Positions 1-9,653 of a stretch of DNA of 64,000 bases are shown one piece after another. The DNA comes from a virus. Taxonomy: Duplodnaviria > Caudoviricetes. The translations under genes and the position numbers were made by a program. Position 1 is the first letter of the stretch. The number at the start of each line of letters is the position of its first letter. The notes under the pieces are model-generated. The model was not told the DNA's origin and did no database searches. It was given only the letters and a program-made list of their open reading frames with translations. The stretch lies in IMG/VR virus record IMGVR_UViG_3300011008_000028, one strand, 5' to 3'.

Positions 1-102
1 AGTACGGCGATGATATTTTGCTCCGGTGTATTCGCCGGTATCAGGGTCAAATCCGGAACTTTCCATCATCTCTTGGTACTTTTCAAATATGGTCTTGCCC
101 AT
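1..102 (-). CDS. hypothetical protein, 5' part (runs off the window edge)
   Basis: ATG at 102 with GGAGG at 109-113 and TATATTAT at 134-141; open frame MGKTIFEKYQEMMESSGFDPDTGEYTG to the window edge. Confidence 0.7.
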   Translation of the reverse strand, partial: MGKTIFEKYQEMMESSGFDPDTGEYTGAKYHRRT

Positions 103-133
103 AATAAGCCTCCTCTCATATAGCTTCAAGTTA

Positions 134-141
134 ATAATATA
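134..141 (-). promoter_or_regulatory. TATATTAT phage promoter motif (representative of 11 sites)
   Basis: minus strand: 134, 5710, 13084, 16387, 22153, 46099; plus strand: 22969, 27704, 30442, 36874, 41273; each lies 15-85 nt upstream of a co-oriented start; similar to the phiKZ early motif TATATTAC. Confidence 0.7.
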
Positions 142-208
142 TATCTAAGAAATGTGTATAAACTATCAAACGAAATAATCCATCAGGCTAATTGTACCCT
201 ATAAAAGT

Positions 209-316
209 CGGCGGGCGCTATTCGGTGGTGACTCGGGTCACGGTGCTGGGGATGGTGCATTCAGTTGCTACCTGAATGGTACTGTGTCTTTTTCCTACTG
301 GTATTTTGGCGCCCGA
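209..316 (+). repeat. DGR variable-region-like cassette, copy 1 (orphan)
   Basis: 92/108 nt identical to 27489-27596; translates RRALFGGDSGHGAGDGAFSCYLNGTVSFSYWYFGAR, a CLec-fold DGR VR-type pattern; in-frame TAA at 176-178 and no ATG, so it is not part of a target gene. Confidence 0.85.
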
Positions 317-343
317 CTTTTAGGAATTCATAAAAGGTCCCAA

Positions 344-383
344 ACACCACACATCCGCCCAGACACGGGCGGATGTGTGGTGT
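344..383. terminator. 17-bp stem hairpin (terminator of 398..2950 and/or DGR-type post-VR hairpin)
   Basis: ACACCACACATCCGCCC-agacac-GGGCGGATGTGTGGTGT. Confidence 0.7.
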
Positions 384-397
384 GTTTATTGGGCAGA

Positions 398-2950
398 TTA
401 AGTTGTCGGGTTCGCTTGCTGCTGAGAATTAACTCTCATACCCCATGCTTGCTGAATGTATTTGTATTCAGTGCGGAGCATTCCTGTAATGATCGGAATC
501 ATCGGGTTGTAGAGATCATTAATCGCCTGCTGAGTTGTATTAAGAACATTCTGTGAAGCGGTGTACATAGCCGTATCCTGCTCATGCTTCTTCTGAGCTT
601 CTTCACCCTTTTTCTTTTCCTCTTCTGTCTGATTATCACTAACAGAAGGTGGCTGTTCAGTTTGCTGATCAGGTTTCAGGGAAACAACCTTATTCTTCAG
701 CGATTGCATAGCCGCAGTAATATCATCGTTCATCTTCTTACATTCTTCATATGTTGTCATCGAAGCGGAAACATCATTAAGCCATTTCTCTACAAGAGTT
801 TTATCAACGACCTTCTCTCCTGCAGGAATATCGCCAGCGGAAGGATTTCCGAAAAGAACCCAGTTCTGGAAAGCTTTGGGGTTCCAATCTTTAGATGCCC
901 CATATGTGGATGAATACAATCTGTCGTCTATACCTTCATACAGAGTCTTTCTGTATTCTTCAAGTCCACCTTCTTTAGTAGCTTTACCCAGATCACAATT
1001 GGTGATTGCTGCAATCAATTTGTCAAGATGAGTTCCTTTGTTGTACTTATAATCAAAACACTGGATACTTCCATTGAATGTTGCCGAGGTCAGTGCATCT
1101 TTGTTCTTCTGACACCAATTAACGGCAGCTTTGAACTGCTGATTGGTGAAGAACTCATCCCACTTCTTCTTGATCCCCTGAAGAAGAGCAAGAATTTTGT
1201 TGATTATATCCTGGAAGGAGAATGCCTCAGAGTAATACCAATCGTCCGCCATCCCCGGTATTGTCTTGACATATTCATCATACATGTTAAGACGGTCCAT
1301 CTCACTCATCAGAGAGATTACATCTGCAGCCTCAACAAAGGATCTGTTCGTATCAGGAATAGCAGACATGGTATTGATATTGCTATCATAATCACTCTTT
1401 AGAGTTCCGGGGATCTTGATGCTTATCTCTTCTATTGCGGACTTGAAATTAGCACGTCTGAGATCATTGATCTTCATCTCAATGTCTCTGCACTTTGACA
1501 GTACAGCAACGCCTGCCGTCTTATATATCTCACTGAGTATAAATCTCATATCATTCATATACTTTAACGTGAGCGTGTTTTTCTGGTTACCAATATCAAT
1601 CACAGAGTTGGATAAGCGACGGTATATGTCAGTGATCTTGTACGCAAATAGCGTGTATGCATATATCATATCACATGCCAGCTGTTCGTAGCCCGCGACA
1701 GTATCATCCCGTTCTCCCTTGCTGTTTACAGGAGTGATATTCTTAATCACCTCGATGAGTTCAAGTAACGGGGAAGTGCTATTGCCGGTACCAAGATTCT
1801 TCGATGTGATGAAGTCTTTGAGGTTACGGAGAACCTTCTCTGGGGCAGCATCGTTGATATTGTCATCGTAGAATGCACGTATTATTGATTCGCTCATATT
1901 GGAATCAAAGATGAAGTTGTATAACGAATTCAGACTTAGCTTTGCATAGACCTTATTCTCTGCGGCCAACTTTGCGAGCTCGTTATCACTATGCCAAGTA
2001 TCTCTGATGGCTTTAAGTGTAGGAATATTACCTACAGTAGTAAATGACATCAGCCACTCCGTTACCTTCTCGAGATAGTCATCGTAGTTGAATGGATCGA
2101 ATATGATAGAATCGTCAATGTCCTTCATGTATGTTATTTCAGAAAGAGCCACCGCATCCGCAGCCTCGGTCACACATTCATCTTTAGTTGTAGTTCTGGG
2201 ATCAACGAAGTCTCTGGCATATACTGTAATTGCATATGCCCTGCATGCGAAGGCAATCATTGTTGTCTTAACATACTCGATTATCCAGTTGCATGCTGAA
2301 GCCCTCATCTGTCCATTGAAGTACGTATACTCCTTGCTCGTCGGGTTAAGAATCACATCTGTAAGATATTCAACCGACTTCTCGATGGACTTGTATATCT
2401 CGATACGGTCGTTGTTATCAAACATATTCTTATTCTTAATGGACTTGAAGAGAGCTTTCTCCTTGTCATCGGCTTTCTGGATGTTGAATGTCATTACTTC
2501 ATTCACCATCATGCCGGCATCTGCTGGTCTATCCTTGAATGCATTTCTGCATGTTATTGCAAAGAAATCGGCATACTTCGAATCCTTGGTAATGTCGGTA
2601 TTCTTTGCGCCACGGACAACCCCGTCTGTAAATTGCAGTACGGATGCATAGTCGTATGCAGCAAATATAAATGGCTTTACTCGATCATATTCAACCGAGT
2701 ATGCGGTATCCATCTTATCAGGGTTGGAATTCTGAATAGCCTTCTGAAGTTCTTTGCCGTAAGATTCCCAAGAACGCACGAACGAGTTCACACTTCCCAG
2801 GAACGTTCTTACCTTATAATCATCAACGGAGCCATTGGCTGCGGATGAACGGAATACATCGATCTTAAACTTGGTACATATTTCCGATATGCCAGTTACA
2901 GATGCCCTGAATTCTTCAGCTTTCATCGGAACGGTAAATTTGTTTATCAT
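398..2950 (-). CDS. large hypothetical protein, probable virion head protein
   Basis: 850-aa ORF with AAGGAG RBS; VTE|AA, FVE|AA and YSE|AF sites resemble prohead-protease cleavage sites of jumbo phage head proteins. Confidence 0.55.
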   Translation of the reverse strand: MINKFTVPMKAEEFRASVTGISEICTKFKIDVFRSSAANGSVDDYKVRTFLGSVNSFVRSWESYGKELQKAIQNSNPDKMDTAYSVEYDRVKPFIFAAYDYASVLQFTDGVVRGAKNTDITKDSKYADFFAITCRNAFKDRPADAGMMVNEVMTFNIQKADDKEKALFKSIKNKNMFDNNDRIEIYKSIEKSVEYLTDVILNPTSKEYTYFNGQMRASACNWIIEYVKTTMIAFACRAYAITVYARDFVDPRTTTKDECVTEAADAVALSEITYMKDIDDSIIFDPFNYDDYLEKVTEWLMSFTTVGNIPTLKAIRDTWHSDNELAKLAAENKVYAKLSLNSLYNFIFDSNMSESIIRAFYDDNINDAAPEKVLRNLKDFITSKNLGTGNSTSPLLELIEVIKNITPVNSKGERDDTVAGYEQLACDMIYAYTLFAYKITDIYRRLSNSVIDIGNQKNTLTLKYMNDMRFILSEIYKTAGVAVLSKCRDIEMKINDLRRANFKSAIEEISIKIPGTLKSDYDSNINTMSAIPDTNRSFVEAADVISLMSEMDRLNMYDEYVKTIPGMADDWYYSEAFSFQDIINKILALLQGIKKKWDEFFTNQQFKAAVNWCQKNKDALTSATFNGSIQCFDYKYNKGTHLDKLIAAITNCDLGKATKEGGLEEYRKTLYEGIDDRLYSSTYGASKDWNPKAFQNWVLFGNPSAGDIPAGEKVVDKTLVEKWLNDVSASMTTYEECKKMNDDITAAMQSLKNKVVSLKPDQQTEQPPSVSDNQTEEEKKKGEEAQKKHEQDTAMYTASQNVLNTTQQAINDLYNPMIPIITGMLRTEYKYIQQAWGMRVNSQQQANPTT

Positions 2951-3012
2951 ACAAATACATCTCCTTATAATGAATTTATTATGAGTTACACCTTGGTCAA
3001 GTCATATGTTAC

Positions 3013-3813
3013 ATGAATAATAATCTTCACGCAATCAATATTAAAGGGACGGTGGATCAAATGAAAATATATAGATGTATGTACTGTGCTTATAGCGCAA
3101 TCCCCAATAAGAATAAAAAGGGGATTCACTCTGCTAAATATATGATGGGTAAACATTATGAAACCAAACACAAGTCTATGCTTCCTCCAGATATGGACGG
3201 ATATAGATTCTTTTACTGGAGTATTACTGGGAAGCAGAATGGAAGTTGCGTAATGTGTAAGTCACCTACGGATTTCAATTATGTGACCATGAAGTATTCC
3301 AGGTTTTGTAATAGCCCAGCATGCAAGCAGAAATACAAGGAAGAACGAGATCGTCGAATGATAGCCAAGTATGGGAAGGTGTATCTATTAGATGATCCGA
3401 TCATGCAACAGAAGATGTTACAGGGACGGAAGATATCCGGAACTTATACTTGGTCGGATGGGGTGACCAAGTTCCCGTATGTGGGATCATATGAGCAGGA
3501 TTTCCTTAGGCATATGGACAAAGACCTTCACTGGCCAGTTGGCGATTTGATCATGCCTAGTCCTCATACATACACATACAAGTTCAAGAATGAAGATCAC
3601 TTCTATATTCCTGATGCATTTATACCTAGCATGAACTGTGAGATTGAGATGAAATCCACAGTTCGACATGAAAAGCAAAACAATCCCGATTCCCGGGAAA
3701 AAGAGAAAATAAAAGATGAATTAATGAAATCATGTAGTAACATAATAAATTACGTTAAGATCGACGATAAGAACTATTCCGAGTTCGACGCACTTATTCA
3801 AAAGGAGGAATAA
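3013..3813 (+). CDS. Zn-finger + PD-(D/E)XK (TnsA-like) nuclease
   Basis: CxxC...H...H and CxxC...CxxxxC motifs; C-terminal SYE..FL...YIPDAF..EIEMK nuclease motif; true start may be 3061. Confidence 0.6.
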   Translation: MNNNLHAINIKGTVDQMKIYRCMYCAYSAIPNKNKKGIHSAKYMMGKHYETKHKSMLPPDMDGYRFFYWSITGKQNGSCVMCKSPTDFNYVTMKYSRFCNSPACKQKYKEERDRRMIAKYGKVYLLDDPIMQQKMLQGRKISGTYTWSDGVTKFPYVGSYEQDFLRHMDKDLHWPVGDLIMPSPHTYTYKFKNEDHFYIPDAFIPSMNCEIEMKSTVRHEKQNNPDSREKEKIKDELMKSCSNIINYVKIDDKNYSEFDALIQKEE

Positions 3814-3816
3814 GCC

Positions 3817-4023
3817 ATGATACACGACCTAAGTCAGTACTATATCGACTTTTCCAATCGGACTAATCTTACCGACAGTGAGAAAACTTACCTCGAGAAT
3901 ATTCAGAATTCATACAGACCGATTGAAAGAGTCGAGTTCTTAACTGAGTATCTCCTGATGGCGAAGATCACCAATGATGATTTCATAACCATGACTGGTG
4001 TTCCATACGAAGCAAATCAGTGA
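3817..4023 (+). CDS. small hypothetical protein
   Basis: 68 aa, AAGGAGG RBS, followed by hairpin 4054-4080. Confidence 0.7.
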   Translation: MIHDLSQYYIDFSNRTNLTDSEKTYLENIQNSYRPIERVEFLTEYLLMAKITNDDFITMTGVPYEANQ

Positions 4024-4088
4024 TACTCAATTATGTTACACATAACAGAAACTATGTCAGGGAGCAATGCTCCCTGACATCATATTTT

Positions 4089-4433
4089 TCATTCTGTTTC
4101 TGCCGGGTCTTCGTTCTTATATGCGTCCAGGATGAGCGCCGTAAGAGGCATGATATCTTCGTCTTTGCAGGACATTCTAACGCCCTTCCATTCACCAGCC
4201 GTGATATCCGCGTAGTCCTTGCCGAAGGTGATATCATTTTCACCCAGGGTAATGAACACAGTGTCTTCGACGATATGTCTTACTTCATAGCCGGTATCGG
4301 TTTTGAACAGCCTAACGAACTCCTTTTCATTGTTCTGGAACTCTTTGATATAGTAGATGATGTACTCCAACGGGACGGCGTTCTTCGGAAGCTCTTTGAA
4401 AGCATCTCTACCTATTTCATCAATAATGCTCAT
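4089..4433 (-). CDS. hypothetical protein
   Basis: 114 aa, AGGAGG RBS. Confidence 0.7.
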   Translation of the reverse strand: MSIIDEIGRDAFKELPKNAVPLEYIIYYIKEFQNNEKEFVRLFKTDTGYEVRHIVEDTVFITLGENDITFGKDYADITAGEWKGVRMSCKDEDIMPLTALILDAYKNEDPAETE

Positions 4434-4506
4434 GTTATTTCCTCCTATTAATACAAAAATTAGTCTCCTTGAAGGAGACTAATTTGATGTTCTTTGATAT
4501 GAATGT

Positions 4507-5040
4507 TTAATCAGTGTAACGAGACCATGTTGTGATAATCCACACCGAATGGTCTTCTGTTGGTTCAACATCGACATATGACTCATACCACGCAGCTTCT
4601 TTCTCCGTCTTGTATGTTTTACCGTTGAGTTTGAAGAACTTTCTGATTTCCTTCTCAGAAGTCGGTCTGTTAAACTGGTACTTTCTCTTCATATAGCCAT
4701 CGCCATAATTAATGGGTTTGGAGTTGATGAACTCAGTTGTCACAACAGCCAATGCATTGGGTTCCTCGAGTTCTTCATCGATACCTATCTTAGTCGTAGT
4801 CGGGAGAAGGAACATTACATCGATGAGGTCATATGTTGTGTTCTGTGTGGTTATAGTAATTCCGTCCACGGTGTTCAAAACATTGGTAATGGATGAAGTA
4901 TTCCAGATAGGCTTTTCCGTAATTGCGTCAACGAATGTGATATGCATGGGATCGGGCTTCATTGCTTTGAAGATCTTACCGTTTAATGCCTGACCATGAC
5001 CTCCGGACATTGCCTTCCTAAGTGTATACAAGTGCGCCAT
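4507..5040 (-). CDS. hypothetical protein
   Basis: 177 aa, AGGAGG RBS. Confidence 0.7.
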   Translation of the reverse strand: MAHLYTLRKAMSGGHGQALNGKIFKAMKPDPMHITFVDAITEKPIWNTSSITNVLNTVDGITITTQNTTYDLIDVMFLLPTTTKIGIDEELEEPNALAVVTTEFINSKPINYGDGYMKRKYQFNRPTSEKEIRKFFKLNGKTYKTEKEAAWYESYVDVEPTEDHSVWIITTWSRYTD

Positions 5041-5042
5041 AG

Positions 5043-5273
5043 TTACCTCCTATTCTTGTTCGAGACGTTCAGAGCATATGCCATAAGAACTCCGGCAGTC
5101 ATCAACATTACTGCTCCAACGATGAGATGTTGGATGCCTTCATTCTTCAGTTTGTCTGCCTGCTCTTCGAGACTTTCCGGAGTTGCATCCTTCGGAAGTT
5201 CGAAGTTTATCCCCGGGATGTTGTTGATGACCTGCTCGTAATCATTCATCATGTTACGTTTCCTCCTGTACAT
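5043..5273 (-). CDS. small membrane protein
   Basis: C-terminal hydrophobic stretch LIVGAVMLMTAGVLMAYAL; true start probably near 5252. Confidence 0.6.
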   Translation of the reverse strand: MYRRKRNMMNDYEQVINNIPGINFELPKDATPESLEEQADKLKNEGIQHLIVGAVMLMTAGVLMAYALNVSNKNRR

Positions 5274-5677
5274 TTGAATTTGGTTTCGATATCATGAATG
5301 ATATCATTGAATTCCTCTAATACATCCTTATTCTTTTCGAAGGTCTTCTCGAAAATATCCAGATCGATCTCCGTTGAATCAGAACTACAAGAGGAATACA
5401 TGGTCGTAAGATTTGCCCATGTGGAGCCGCCTGATACCTCGACATACATCGTATTATCTACATAGGATATTACAATGATCGTCAAGATATCAGGCTTATT
5501 GCTGGTGACTGTGAAACGACGTCTTTCCTTGCTTACTGTAACATACTTGGAAATACGTTTTGTCATTCCTTCACCGCTGGCATGATTGAATATATGCTTC
5601 AGCTGTTCGTAGACAGGCATCATATCCATCATGCGTTTAGGTTTGAACTCAGGGAACTTAAACTTTTTAAGCATCAT
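5249..5677 (-). CDS. hypothetical protein
   Basis: 142 aa, GGAGG RBS, TATATTAT motif at 5710-5717. Confidence 0.7.
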   Translation of the reverse strand: MMLKKFKFPEFKPKRMMDMMPVYEQLKHIFNHASGEGMTKRISKYVTVSKERRRFTVTSNKPDILTIIVISYVDNTMYVEVSGGSTWANLTTMYSSCSSDSTEIDLDIFEKTFEKNKDVLEEFNDIIHDIETKFKCTGGNVT

Positions 5678-5739
5678 AACACCTCCGATTTGTTATTCCC
5701 TTCATATTAATAATATATATTTGAAAATGAAAGAAATGC

Positions 5740-5769
5740 ATGAGTCCCAGGGAATTCCCTGGGACTCAT
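5740..5769. terminator. perfect 30-nt palindrome
   Basis: ATGAGTCCCAGGGAATTCCCTGGGACTCAT after the protease gene. Confidence 0.7.
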
Positions 5770-5774
5770 TGATA

Positions 5775-6635
5775 TTACGAATTTAACCAATCGGTGAGGA
5801 TGGACTTCGTCTTCTGACGTATTCCAGATGATGTGATCGGAGATACATATACGTTATCATTCTCTTTCAGAACAACGGAGTTGCCTGTTGCAGTTACTCC
5901 GAGAAGATCATCTGCCGTAAGATCGAATGCTTCACAGATCATGTCTGCATCTTTTGATCCAGCAACAGCCATCTTGGCAAGTTCCGGAAGGAATATAATT
6001 GTGCCAACGAAATCTTCCATAGCCTTTACAGATTCCTGAATAGGCTGTGTTATTCTGGCCTGAGCTTCACGATGTGACGGGAACATTACCCAGTCATACG
6101 TGATGAGCTTGCGTACATGTACCACGGGCTTTGCTCCTATGGATCTCAGAGCACCGAGGACACGAGCACTGAAGCACGGTATGATTTTACCATCAACAAT
6201 CTTGATTGCCATGTTCATACCATACTTGTTACTGGAGTCAGTCTGAATGGTAGCGATAAGAAGATTGCCTTCAAGACGAGGTGAACGGATGAAGTGAGAA
6301 GATCTATTGGCATCAGGTGTGGAGATCCTCTGCATTGTAAGTTCTTCACCTTGTTTCTGAGCAGATGGGTGATCCATCTCACCAATCCAGGAGTTGTTCT
6401 TCAACCATGTCTGAATCTGCTCATCTGTCTGGATGCAATTCCATACATTCTCGGCTTCATACATTCTCTTGTTACGATTCAGAACGCCGAACGACTGCAG
6501 TATGGCATCAAATATCAGATAGAATCTATTACCCTTATCGAATACCTGATAGCCGAAGTTATTACGGTAGTCATCTGTAAACGATGTCTGTTCATGAATA
6601 TAACACAGGGTTTCAAGATATTTAGGATCAATCAT
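5775..6635 (-). CDS. prohead protease (T4 gp21 / phiKZ gp175-like)
   Basis: NRNKRMY, GEMDHP, FSARVLG and ITYDWVMFPSH match the His/Ser/Asp blocks of this protease family. Confidence 0.85.
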   Translation of the reverse strand: MIDPKYLETLCYIHEQTSFTDDYRNNFGYQVFDKGNRFYLIFDAILQSFGVLNRNKRMYEAENVWNCIQTDEQIQTWLKNNSWIGEMDHPSAQKQGEELTMQRISTPDANRSSHFIRSPRLEGNLLIATIQTDSSNKYGMNMAIKIVDGKIIPCFSARVLGALRSIGAKPVVHVRKLITYDWVMFPSHREAQARITQPIQESVKAMEDFVGTIIFLPELAKMAVAGSKDADMICEAFDLTADDLLGVTATGNSVVLKENDNVYVSPITSSGIRQKTKSILTDWLNS

Positions 6636-7759
6636 TATGATCCACCTTCCTTCTCTTCTGTGATGGGAATATCAAAGAGCTCTTCCGCCGACTTTCCAAA
6701 CTCGAGAACAAAGTCATCATCCTTAGTGTTATTTTTGATCTGAGGATTCTCCTTATTGATAGCAGTAGCAACTTCCTTCTCAGTTTCACACAGCTGTGCT
6801 CTGAGTTTCTCCGCCTTCTTTTGGTAAGCTTCAATTGTTGCTTCCTGCTTCTTAATTATGACTTCCTTCTTCTTCTCGTCCATGTTCTTGATGTTCTTCA
6901 GTTGGTCTATGTTCATCTTGATGAACTGACACTGCTGATCAAGAGCGGAGATGGTATCTGCTTTCTTCTTGTACTTCAGATACAGACCGGAACGAATCAG
7001 AGGAACTATACCGAAGAGAGAGTTCTTGACACCCTTTACAGCATGAACTGCCAGAGAACCGATCTTCTTACCGCCGGTGATAGCAACATCGATTGCCTGG
7101 AGCATCTCGTCAACAGCACCTTCCATCATTACAGATTCCTGATAGTTGGAAGGACCCACATCATCGATGGACTTGAGCATTGTTTCAAGATACTGCTTGT
7201 GATCTCTACTGGTGAGCTGCTTTGCATAGTCTGTAAGCATTCTTGCTATGACACCGTTGGTCTGGGCAGATTTCTTCTTGATCTTGATATCGGTACCATT
7301 GGATACAACATCAACATTGGTAGCCATGATCATTGACAAACCTGTCACCAGCAAATATGCAGCGGTTTCATACTCGTAAACAACCAGACGGGCTTTCTTA
7401 GTATATCCCTCACTGTACAGAGCAGTGAACTCTTCAAGCTTCTTGAAGATGTTTCTGCAGTCTGTAAGCATTCCAAGATTAGAAACGTTCTTCGATAGGA
7501 AATCAATGGAGAACTTGATGTTCTCATAAGAATCAAAGTTCTTGATGTTACCTTTCGTTTCACTGATTCTCGTGTCGGTTCCCTTCTTGGAGAGCTGGTC
7601 TATAGACTTCACGAAGTTACGAAGATAACCATAACCTGTCGAAGTATTCTTATTCACATTCTCAGCCGCTTCTGTATATACAGGGGAGAGAACATTTGTC
7701 GTACCGGAAATGATTTCCATGTAGTCATGTGTAATATTATATGCACTCATTGTATTCAA
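6635..7759 (-). CDS. probable virion structural protein
   Basis: 374 aa, coupled to the protease gene; YTE|AA and YQE|S..MME|G motifs. Confidence 0.55.
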   Translation of the reverse strand: MNTMSAYNITHDYMEIISGTTNVLSPVYTEAAENVNKNTSTGYGYLRNFVKSIDQLSKKGTDTRISETKGNIKNFDSYENIKFSIDFLSKNVSNLGMLTDCRNIFKKLEEFTALYSEGYTKKARLVVYEYETAAYLLVTGLSMIMATNVDVVSNGTDIKIKKKSAQTNGVIARMLTDYAKQLTSRDHKQYLETMLKSIDDVGPSNYQESVMMEGAVDEMLQAIDVAITGGKKIGSLAVHAVKGVKNSLFGIVPLIRSGLYLKYKKKADTISALDQQCQFIKMNIDQLKNIKNMDEKKKEVIIKKQEATIEAYQKKAEKLRAQLCETEKEVATAINKENPQIKNNTKDDDFVLEFGKSAEELFDIPITEEKEGGS

Positions 7760-7772
7760 TCTCCCTTCTATA

Positions 7773-9587
7773 TTACTTATTCACCAGACGGTTGAGCTCT
7801 CTCATTAACTGGCTATTGTCCGTCTTGGCAACTTCAGCGTCAATTGCCGACAGGGATTGTACATCCCAATCCGTCATGTTGTCGGGGAATATGTATCTCA
7901 TCGTTCCTGCCGAGGAATCAACGATCACAACAGCAATGAGGAAGAGAGACTTCGCAAGGCGAACTGCATTACCTACAACGGAAAGATCGATGCCCGTCTC
8001 ATTGGTGAGACTTGTAACATCAGGCTGGGTCAGAATAAGTGTTCCATTCGGAATCGGAATATCGCCCTTATTAAGTCCAGATACAGGACCTCTCATGAGT
8101 GATCCATGAGTCTTATCAAACTCACTGAGTCTCTTGAGAGTGTTGACCCATCTCTTGTTATAATTGATGGACTTTCCAGCATCCTTCTTGATCGCCTTGG
8201 TGTTGAAGAGGTATTCCCAGTATGAAATTTCGCCAGTCTTGTAGCGAACCTTCTGCAGGGACTTAATCTTACCTGTAACAAGCTCTCTCAGATCCTCTGC
8301 CAGATCCTGAGTGCGGATAAGATGCATTATTGTCTTAACGCCGATGAGGTAGTGAACATCCGTATCAAGCTTGCCTTGAGAACGAACTCTGAAATGACAT
8401 TCAATCATATATGGTGCAATGGAGTTCATCTTCTTGATTTCAACTTCTCTTAGGAGAGTTGGAACCTCCGGTCCCTTGATCGTTTCAGGTGCTTTGCGCT
8501 GAACAACCTTGGTGGATGTTGAAGACGTAGATATCTTAGTACGAATTCTACCTGCACCATCGATTTCATAACCCTTAACCTTACCACGACTAATCTCAGC
8601 CTTGAATGCAGTGAGAGCCCGATCATAGCGATCTTCGATTTCCTTCTTATCATCCTTCTTATCATCAGGGACATCCTTCAACGACATCTGGAGAAGTTTC
8701 TTATCTTCAGAAGATATCCTGTCTCTATCACAGATAATATCGATGAGTTCCGCATCTGTAAGAGGCTTAAGCTGTGTCTGAGTTGTTGCAGACGTTTCCT
8801 TGTCATGAGATGCATTGTAAGCATCCTGCTCTCTCTTTGCAACTTTCTTTGCAACGAAGCCCTTCTTTTCTGCTTCCTGAAGATATGTGAAACCATCGAG
8901 AGGTTCACTGGAAAGACGAGCACATTCCTTGACAAGATATTCCGATGCCGTCTCAGGAACATATCTGAATTCAACGGTCATATCAGGGGTGATCTGATAT
9001 TCAGCAAACACAGACTCTTTCAGAATGGCATCCAGATCATCGATAGGCTGATAGAAGCCACCGTACATTACATCAACACTCTCCTTGAGGTTGGTGTGGA
9101 ATTGCTTCAGGAAAAGGAGTTCATTTGCTTCAGATTCATCAATTATCTTCTTCTGAGCAATTGCTGTCTGAACAAAAGAAGCATACACTCTCTCAAACGT
9201 TTTGGAGAGTATCTGAGCAGCGTTTACGGGCATTGACTGAGTTACATAGCAAGGGAATTGGAGAACTGAGTTCTTTGCTCTGGCGATGATACTTCTGGTA
9301 TCAACCTTACCCTTGTTGAGCATTCGGTCAAGCTCACTGGCTGTATCTGCAGCAGGTTTGATTCCCTTATTTGCTACAGCAGTCATTACATTTGCGGCAC
9401 CCTTGGCACCATTTCCCATTCCAGGCTGGTTATGACGCCAAACATCGCGTATGGCATCAGTATCGACGTCGGCAACGTCTTTAATTGCGCTGGATATGAA
9501 TCCTCCCTTCTTCTCGGTGAGGTATTCATTATTCTTATCGATCATGATATATCGCTCCTTTACAAAAGTGAATTTCCTATTGGACAT
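7773..9587 (-). CDS. probable virion structural protein
   Basis: 604 aa in the protease operon; LKE|S and LQE|A motifs; resembles AR9-like head proteins (by eye only). Confidence 0.55.
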   Translation of the reverse strand: MSNRKFTFVKERYIMIDKNNEYLTEKKGGFISSAIKDVADVDTDAIRDVWRHNQPGMGNGAKGAANVMTAVANKGIKPAADTASELDRMLNKGKVDTRSIIARAKNSVLQFPCYVTQSMPVNAAQILSKTFERVYASFVQTAIAQKKIIDESEANELLFLKQFHTNLKESVDVMYGGFYQPIDDLDAILKESVFAEYQITPDMTVEFRYVPETASEYLVKECARLSSEPLDGFTYLQEAEKKGFVAKKVAKREQDAYNASHDKETSATTQTQLKPLTDAELIDIICDRDRISSEDKKLLQMSLKDVPDDKKDDKKEIEDRYDRALTAFKAEISRGKVKGYEIDGAGRIRTKISTSSTSTKVVQRKAPETIKGPEVPTLLREVEIKKMNSIAPYMIECHFRVRSQGKLDTDVHYLIGVKTIMHLIRTQDLAEDLRELVTGKIKSLQKVRYKTGEISYWEYLFNTKAIKKDAGKSINYNKRWVNTLKRLSEFDKTHGSLMRGPVSGLNKGDIPIPNGTLILTQPDVTSLTNETGIDLSVVGNAVRLAKSLFLIAVVIVDSSAGTMRYIFPDNMTDWDVQSLSAIDAEVAKTDNSQLMRELNRLVNK

Positions 9588-9653
9588 TTGTTAAGCTTCT
9601 GTTTTAGGCCCGCAAATACAAAAGAAAGCGGGTTTTACCGCTTTCTTCTTGGA

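Noticed and set aside
209-316. Either cassette being the DGR template repeat
   Set aside because: At several mismatches (G/C, GG/TA, T/G, TT/GG) neither copy has A, so neither can template the other.
284-556. 90-aa plus-strand ORF as a real gene
   Set aside because: It starts at a GTG inside the VR cassette, has no RBS, and runs through a hairpin and antisense into 398..2950.
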